The notes under the pieces: model-generated
Database searches by the model: none
What the model was told of the DNA's origin: nothing
Seen by the model: only the letters and a program-made list of their open reading frames with translations
DNA from: the human T2T-CHM13v2.0 reference genome, Homo sapiens
Assembly (NCBI RefSeq): GCF_009914755.1
Contig: NC_060934.1
DNA: 64,000 nt
Direction: 5' to 3' (one strand)
Shown here: positions 55,291 through 64,000 of the stretch, one piece after another
Layout: each line of letters opens with the position of its first letter
Position numbering within the stretch: position 1 is the stretch's first letter
Made by a program: the position numbers and the translations under genes

Positions 55291-58289
55291 GAAAAAAATA
55301 TTGAATAGTGCAGATCCCAACCAATTTGATTCATGAGCATATAAGGGAAATAGTGAGAGTTTCAGTTTTGCGTTTTCCTTACCTTTCTACTTCTAGGCTC
55401 CTACGCTAAAGGCAGGAAATGTGTAGAGTCCTAGTGGATTGCTTTGATCCAAAACTTTGTTTAGTATCATTTCCCATGGGCTTATTTTGTCACCTTTGGA
55501 GGGAAAGTCTTGTCTGTGCCAGGGCAGTAATCAAAAGCTTAGAGCTAAAAAGTATTAAGCTTTATTTTATTCCAGGTTCTCTTCATTTAATATTTCGGAT
55601 CCTTACAAAAGCCTGGCTGGTTTTTCTATCCTTAATTGATCACTGAGGACTGGAGCTTCAGCAGCATTAAGAAATTTGCTTAGGGTCAAAATTCTTGTAA
55701 GTTGCACAAGCAGATTTTGACTTCAAAGCCAACATTCAGTTCTGGGTGACCCGGTAGGTCATAAATCGAAGGTGTTCCTGGGAGTGTCACGGGGTCATAA
55801 ATTATAGCAATCCCTTGCAGGATGCCTTACTGGGGGGATTGGGTGGGTTGATGACAAGGTTCTAAGAAATGAAACCTCCAGCAGCTCCAGCCTACACCAA
55901 GTGTGGCCTGAGCCCCAAGCCACCGTGTTAGGTAACCCTGGGCAAGGCTTCCGGCCTCTCCTGACTTCCCCAACCTCATTTGCAGGAGAGAGAACATAGC
56001 ATCCAAAGGCAGCTGACAGCTCTGGAGTGGTGAGAGAATTAACTTATAAATGATTGGGATGCACTTGGCCAATGTAAAGTGCTATATAAATGGTTCATAG
56101 TCACAAGCACCCTATCAGGCATCCAGGGCTACTTCTGAGCCTGTGGTCCCTGTGTAATGATCCTGAACCTTACAAAGTGCTTTACAAATAGTAAATTATT
56201 CATTCACAGGACACCCAAGGGAAGCAAGAAAGTATTCCTCTTACTTTAGATGAGTTGAGATCCAACATTGGCTGGGGCTGCTCAGCCAGGAATCCTTGCA
56301 AAGCCAAGTTTAGATCCCTGTGGCTCCCTGGGTTGGGACAGGCTGGGCCCAGCTGCTCCAACCTAGGAGGGCCAGGCTCAGGACTGAGAGCAAGGCTGTG
56401 CTCTTGTGGGCTCTGGTCAGGCGTTTGTCTGTAAGACTCTGGAACTGAAGGCTGTGGTTTGCGTCAGTGAGAAGCACAGAGAAATAAACAAATAGAGCCT
56501 GGGAGTGGAAAATGCACAGTGACTTCTTGTTGTCAAGGTACTTGGCCTTGGAGTAGGTTAGACACTTCCAGGAGAGGGACCAGCAGCCATGGAGAAGAGA
56601 TGCAGTGGGGCGGGAGGAAGGAGAGGACACTGAATTTGGCCATGTCCACGTAAGGTCCAGGGATGTCCTCCTCTTCCAGGACAGTCCCAAGTACACCAGG
56701 CCTAGAGAGAGGCCCTTTCTCAGTCAGGGTTCACACCTGACTTTGGTCAGGGCAGCAGAACTCAGGACAGCAGGAGAGGCCTCCCTTGTCAAGAGTCAGG
56801 AAAGAAACCCTATTCAGAGAGGCTGCCACACAGGGTCAGGTCCAGGGGCCTGAGGATGAGGGTAGTTTGGCCAGGAAAGGCTAGGTGTTAGAGCACTTCA
56901 TACTGCAGGGGCCTGAGACTCCTGGTCCCTTCGTCTCAGTTCTGACACTGTCTCCCCTCTCTGGTACCCGAGAGAAGTCCAGAACCCACCTGGGTTTCAG
57001 GCCTCCTGAAAGTGGGAATCAGAAGGCCTGTCCACTGTCTTCCCAAGAAGCAATGAGATGCCTGCAGCCTCTGTGTGTCAGACATGACCTGGGTTCTCCA
57101 CTGCATGTGGTGCTGCAGATACAAGCCAGAAATCAGGAGAGAGGAGAGGACGTGGGGCTTTTGCAAAGCAGAGCCCTGAGTTAATTGAAGATGTTAATAA
57201 CCGGCTTCCCTACCAACTCACTGCGTGACATAGGACATACGTCTTAACCTCGTCCCCAACGAGAAAACAAAGATAACCATCACTATCGCTTTGCCACCTG
57301 TGTGGAGGGCAGATGCCCTGACATGCTAATGGGCGCATGAGTTATGTATCCCAGTGTCGGGTCAGTCCCTGGTGCTAGGATGGCACTTATGTCCCTCTTT
57401 GGGGGCCCAGGGGTGGCATTTGGCGGATCTAACGGCCAACAATCTCAAGACCTCAAACCCACCCACGGTCAGTTAACAAACGTCTAGCAGGTGACATTTT
57501 TATTGTTGTTTTCCCCTAAAGGCTGGGGCTGGAAGGCAGCCAGCGCTGTGTCCCTGGGCTCAGCAACTCACACGCATTATCTCACGTGTCCTCATTGCAG
57601 AGCAGGAGCTGAGGGTCAACGAGCTGGCTGGTATCCCGGGGCTGGCTTCATGACTTGTCCTCCTGCTCCCAGCCCAGTGCCCCTGCACTCTGCCCGGCAG
57701 CCCACAGGGACCAGAGAAGCAATGGCAGAGCCAGTGGGCAGAAGGAGCAGACAGAACGGAAGGTGGAGTGGCCATGAAGACAGGATGGGCACCCACTCTC
57801 CTGCCTGGCAAGGGGAGGGGAAGGAAAGAAAATGCCGAGGCATCAGATTGTTTTCAGATGAAACAAAGCTTCAGGTGAGAAAACCATTTAACAAGACCAA
57901 GAAGACCATTCCTGACCGTTTCTGAACTGCACATGCATTGAGTGTCTCACGGGCTTCAGGGAGAAAGCGGTGAGCGAGCAGGCAGGCCCTGCCTTCAGGA
58001 TGCCTCAGGAGACCGGGGAGATGGACAGTGCAGAGCTAAGGCAGAGACAAACGAGTAAACCAGTGGATCGTAAAGGTGGGGAGCACACTGTAGAACACAG
58101 AAGGCGCCTAGCGTTAGGGAAAACCACTTTAGAGAGGGACATCGCAGCTAACAAAAGAAGCCATTTGCAATGACAATGTAGCATTCATAAGACTTCACAG
58201 TGAGAGTCACAGGCATCAGAAGATAGAGAGCCCTGCAAGGAGTGTGGAAGAAAGGACTGGAAGGGGAAATCGTGACTGCAATAGGTTTT

Positions 58290-60930
58290 AACACATGCCT
58301 TCTAACTGCTGAAAAATCAAGTAGTTAACAAAAAAGGGACATAGAAATTATGAGAATTATAATTAATAAGATTGGATCAACAAGTAGAATCTAGACTCTG
58401 TGCCCTATAGACAATAATCCTGGTTATTGAGCATCCTGAGACATTTATAAAAGAAGAAATAAAAACCTAAAAACCAGAAATTTTCCATGCAATATTCTAA
58501 AACAGAAATACAATAATAAAAGTTGATAACAAAGTTTAAACGAGCAGATGAGATCTTTCACTTCCCCTGGAAATTAAAGAGAAAAGGGAAGCGTGTTCTT
58601 AACTAACTCTTGAATCATAGAGGTCACAGTTGCAATTACAGACTCTTGGGAATAAACAGTAGAAACAAAAACACTGGATTTCAAAGAATATGGAGTGTGG
58701 CCCGAAGTAGAAGCAGAAATAAGTTCATAATCTGAAGAGCTTTCATTATATTAAAAAGTATGAGTCAAGAGCATGAGAAGTTAGCAGGAAAAAGAAAACA
58801 AAAGCAAGGCTAAGTAGGACAGGTAGAGGGAAACAACAAAGATAAAAGCAAAAATCAATTCCAAGAGCAAATCAAATAGAATAGTTGGAAAACGCCCCAT
58901 GCTAAGAGGACGTCATCAATAAATCCTCCACAAACTGGCTTTTCATGTGTGTGGGGGTGGGAGCGGGGGATGGAGAGAGGGAGCTGGAGGAGAATCACTG
59001 CAAAATAGAGAAATATCTAGTAAAGCTAACCAAAAACAAAGTGGTGGGGGGGGGAGAGTTATACAAATAAAAATAACCAGTCATGTTATGTGGGATGTAA
59101 CCCATGTAAGAGAATTACAAATATTATTATGAAAGCTTGTATTGAAATTTATTGCAAAAAGTGCAAACATACAGATAAATTGCTTAATTTTCTGGAAAAA
59201 GAGCAAATGGTTAAAACTGGCTTTAGAAAATTAGGGACCTGGGAGTCAGGGGATAGACAATATTCCCATCAAAAGATTTTTTTTAATTTACTTTACTTTA
59301 ATTGTAAAGTATCTTCACAAAGATGACCCATGGCCACAGGGCCATGCCTGGATGTCCCCTTTCACATTTCCAAGCCACAGTCAGTCATCATGCCAAAGAA
59401 ACTCTCCCAGAGGATGAAAAATACGGTTAGTCATCCTATTCAATTTCGGAAATGAACATAAATCAGATATCAAAACTTGACCAAGACACCACGAAAAAGC
59501 TACGATGGACCAATTTCAGCTTCATGTATGAATGTGAATGCAAAACTCAGGGCCAGCTTCATGAATATGCTGTCTGTGCAGTGACACAAGAGGGGCTCTG
59601 TACTTGGTTTAATACTCTGCCATCACCATCTTGAAATTCTTAATCTTTGAACAAGAGGTTCCACATTGTCGTTTTGCTCAGGGATTGGCAAACTACATAC
59701 CCAGTTCTGGCAAAAATACTAGCAAATCAAATATGATAACACAATAAAATAACTTCTACTTTGATCAAGGTGATTTTATTTGATTAAAAATTAGGAAACC
59801 TAGTAATACATATTTGGCATGGATTATAAAATGATGATGTTAACAGATGCTGAAAAGACATTTGATGAAACCACACACAAAGATAACATTCTTTTCACTT
59901 TAAAAAATTGAATGGTAGATTCTGGAAGAGCAAAAGACAACCTTCCAAAGGAATATTTAATCCATTAATGCACAGCTTCATTACCTTTGAAATAAAGCGT
60001 ATAAAAAGAGACACACTGCTATCATCAGCATTAGCGAACACTGAATCAGAAGTTCAGGCTGGTACAGTACGGTGTGGGGTGACAGATGTGGAATGATTCC
60101 AAGAAAGGAGAGACAGCATTGTGTTATTTGCAGACAATATGGTTATAAACTAAGAAGACTCAAGAGGTTTGACCTAAAAAACTGTTTAAATCAATAAGAT
60201 TATCAGGTGCAAGAGAAATAAACATAAATCAAGAATATCACTAAACACCAGCAATAATTACTAAAAAGGCCTAATAACAATGACTTCTTCAAAATGGATT
60301 TTTAAAGCATAAAATAACCAGAAATAACTATTATAATACATGTGTGTAATCATCATAAAGAAATGACAAAAGTTTATTGAAATATATAAAGTAATATTTT
60401 AATAAATGGAGAAAAGAAATTGCAAGTATATTGCAAAGTTGCCGTAGGGTCTCTGAAATAGGCACAAATAAATGAATGTTCATTGATTTCCAATTAAATA
60501 GTTACTACAATTACTATCAATATACCAGTGGAATTTCTTAATGAAACAAATATTTATGAAATAATTCTAAACTTTAAAAAATAAACAAGGGAGAAAAGTT
60601 GGAAGTATTTTTTTAAATGGGGAATTGTTCTGCCAAATTTTAAAGTGTATTCTAAAGTTCTAACAATTAAGTGTTTTATTGGCGGAATAATTTGCAAACA
60701 GATCAATGCAACAAACTAAATAGGCACAGAAAGAAATCTCAAAAAAATATAAGAACTAACAAGATGACAAAGGGAACATGACACCCAAGGGGAATGGAAT
60801 AGATTAGTCATCAAATGGTATTTTTATTTATAAAGGAAACCTTAGATAAAAGAAGTAAATACAATTCAATAATTACTGATACTGGGACAGAGGAGGCACC
60901 TCTAAGATTAGCAATAAAAATACCACAAAG
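58290..60930 (+). mobile_element. Ancient L1M ORF2 fragments
   Basis: ACAGATGCTGAAAAGACATTTGAT and TTATTTGCAGACAATATG (RT FADD-like region). Confidence 0.6.
59548..59709. mobile_element. MER45A (hAT-Tip100), opposite orientation to the 49388 copy
   Basis: CAGGGCCAGCTTCATG...CCAGTTCTG termini and an 8-bp TSD GCAAAACT / GCAAAAAT. Confidence 0.8.
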
Positions 60931-61306
60931 AGGGGGAGGAGCCAAGATGGCTGAATACGAACAGCTCCAGTCTACAGCTCCCAGCATGAGCGACGCAGAA
61001 GATGGGTGGTTTCTGCATTTCCATCTGAGCTTTGAAGAGAGCAGTGGTTCTCCCAGCATGCAGCTGGAGATCTGAGAACGGGCAGACTGCCTCCTCAAGT
61101 GGGTCCCTGACCCCTGACCCCCGAGCAGCCTAACTAGGAAGCACCCCCCAGCAGGGGCAGACTGACACCTCACACGGCTCCAACAGACCTGCAGCTGAGG
61201 GTCCTGTCTGTTAGAAGGAAAACTAACAAACAGAAAGGACATCCACACCAAAAACCCATCTGTACATCACCATCATCAAAGACCAAAAGTAGATAAAACC
61301 ACAAAG

Positions 61307-62327
61307 ATGGAGAAAAAACAGAGCAGAAAAACTGGAAACTCTAAAAAGCAGAGCACCTCTCCTCCTCCAAAGGAACACAGTTCCTCACCAGTAACAGAAC
61401 AAAGCTGGACGAAGAATGACTTTGACGAGCTGAGAGAAGAAGGCTTCAGACGATCAAATTACTCCGAGCTACAGGAGGACATTCAAACCAAAGGCAAAGA
61501 AGTTGAAAACTTTGAAAAAAATTTAGAAGAATGTATAACTAGAATAACCAATACAGAGAAGTGCTTAAAGGAGCTGATGGAGCTGAAAACCAAGGCTCGA
61601 GAACTACATAAAGAATGCAGAAGACTCAGGAGCTGATGCAATCAACTGGAAGAAAGGGTATCTGTGATGGAAGATGAAATGAATGAATGAAATGAAGCGA
61701 GAAGGGAAGTTTAGAGAAAAAAGAATAAAAAGAAACGAACAAAGCCTCCAAGAAATATGGGACTATGTGAAAAGACCAAATCTACATCTGATTGGTGTAC
61801 CTGAAAGTGACAGGGAGAATAGAACCAAGTAGGAAAACACTCTGCAGGATATTATCCAGGAGAACTTCCCCAATCTAGCAAGGCAGGCCAACATTCAGAT
61901 TCAGGAAAAACAGAGAACGCCACAAAGATACTCCTCGAGAAGAGCAACTCCAAGACACATAATTGTCAGATTCACCAAAGTTGAAATGAAGGAAAAAATG
62001 TTAAGGGCAGCCAGAGAGAAAGGTTGGGTTACCCTCAAAGGGAAGCCCATCAGACTAACAGCGGATCTGTTGGCAGAAACTCTACAAGCCAGAAGAGAGT
62101 GGGGGCCAATATTCAACATTCTTAAAGAAAAGAATTTTCAACACAGAATTTCATATCCAGCCAAACTAAGCTTCATAAGTGAAGGAGAAATAAAATACTT
62201 TACAGACAAGCAAATGCTGAGAGATTTTGTCACCACCAGGCCTGTTCTAAAAGAGCTCCTGAAGGAAGCACTAAACATGGAAAGGAACAACCAGTACCAG
62301 CCGCTGCAAAATCATGCCAAAATGTAA
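61307..62327 (+). pseudogene. L1 ORF1p, inactivated
   Basis: MEKKQSRKTGNSK...QNHAKM; premature TGA at 61634-61636 and a 4-bp TGAA duplication at ~61685 causing a frameshift. Confidence 0.92.
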
Positions 62328-62390
62328 AGACCATCGAGACTAGGAAGAAACTGCATCAACTAATGAGCAAAATAACCAGCTAACATCATA

Positions 62391-64000
<1,610 letters not shown>

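Noticed and set aside
58953-58981. Four G-runs, possible G-quadruplex
   Set aside because: One loop is 9 nt, it lies in decayed L1, and it has no supporting context.
60811-61251. 146-aa antisense ORF across the L1 5'UTR (possible ORF0)
   Set aside because: ORF0 lies in the segment removed by the splice. This frame has a non-ATG start and is incidental.

Overview
Primate, most likely human, genomic DNA. The only protein-coding sequence I can support is the first coding exon of TMEM273 (C10orf128) on the minus strand at 3184-3226 (MNLGVSMLRILFLL, phase-1 GT donor). Bases 1-3183 are therefore its intron 1, and the remaining ~60 kb is upstream sequence in which I found no further coding exon. 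This upstream region is mostly transposon fossils: Alu, MIR, L2, old L1M, THE1/MST/MLT1/ERVL LTRs, and Tigger3, MER45A, MER119 and Zaphod-like DNA transposons. It ends in a young L1PA2/3-type element running off the window. The most notable observations are: (1) that L1 carries a precise splice junction in its 5'UTR, i.e. a SpIRE97/622, a described class; (2) two separate ~120-bp, ~95%-identical direct duplications copied from 1.3-2.3 kb upstream into older repeats, plus a ~650-bp CpG-retaining composite insert without a TSD, all resembling repair-templated insertions; (3) a 212-bp pure-purine Alu tail containing (GAA)26 in TMEM273 intron 1; (4) a 21-codon uORF whose stop overlaps the TMEM273 start (AUGA); (5) a candidate enhancer with a 26-bp ETS/CRE-like quasi-palindrome near a (TG)11/(CG)8/(CA)5 Z-DNA tract. 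I found no evidence of a wholly new gene system. Gene identity and repeat subfamilies come from recalled sequences, not database searches, and old-repeat boundaries are approximate.
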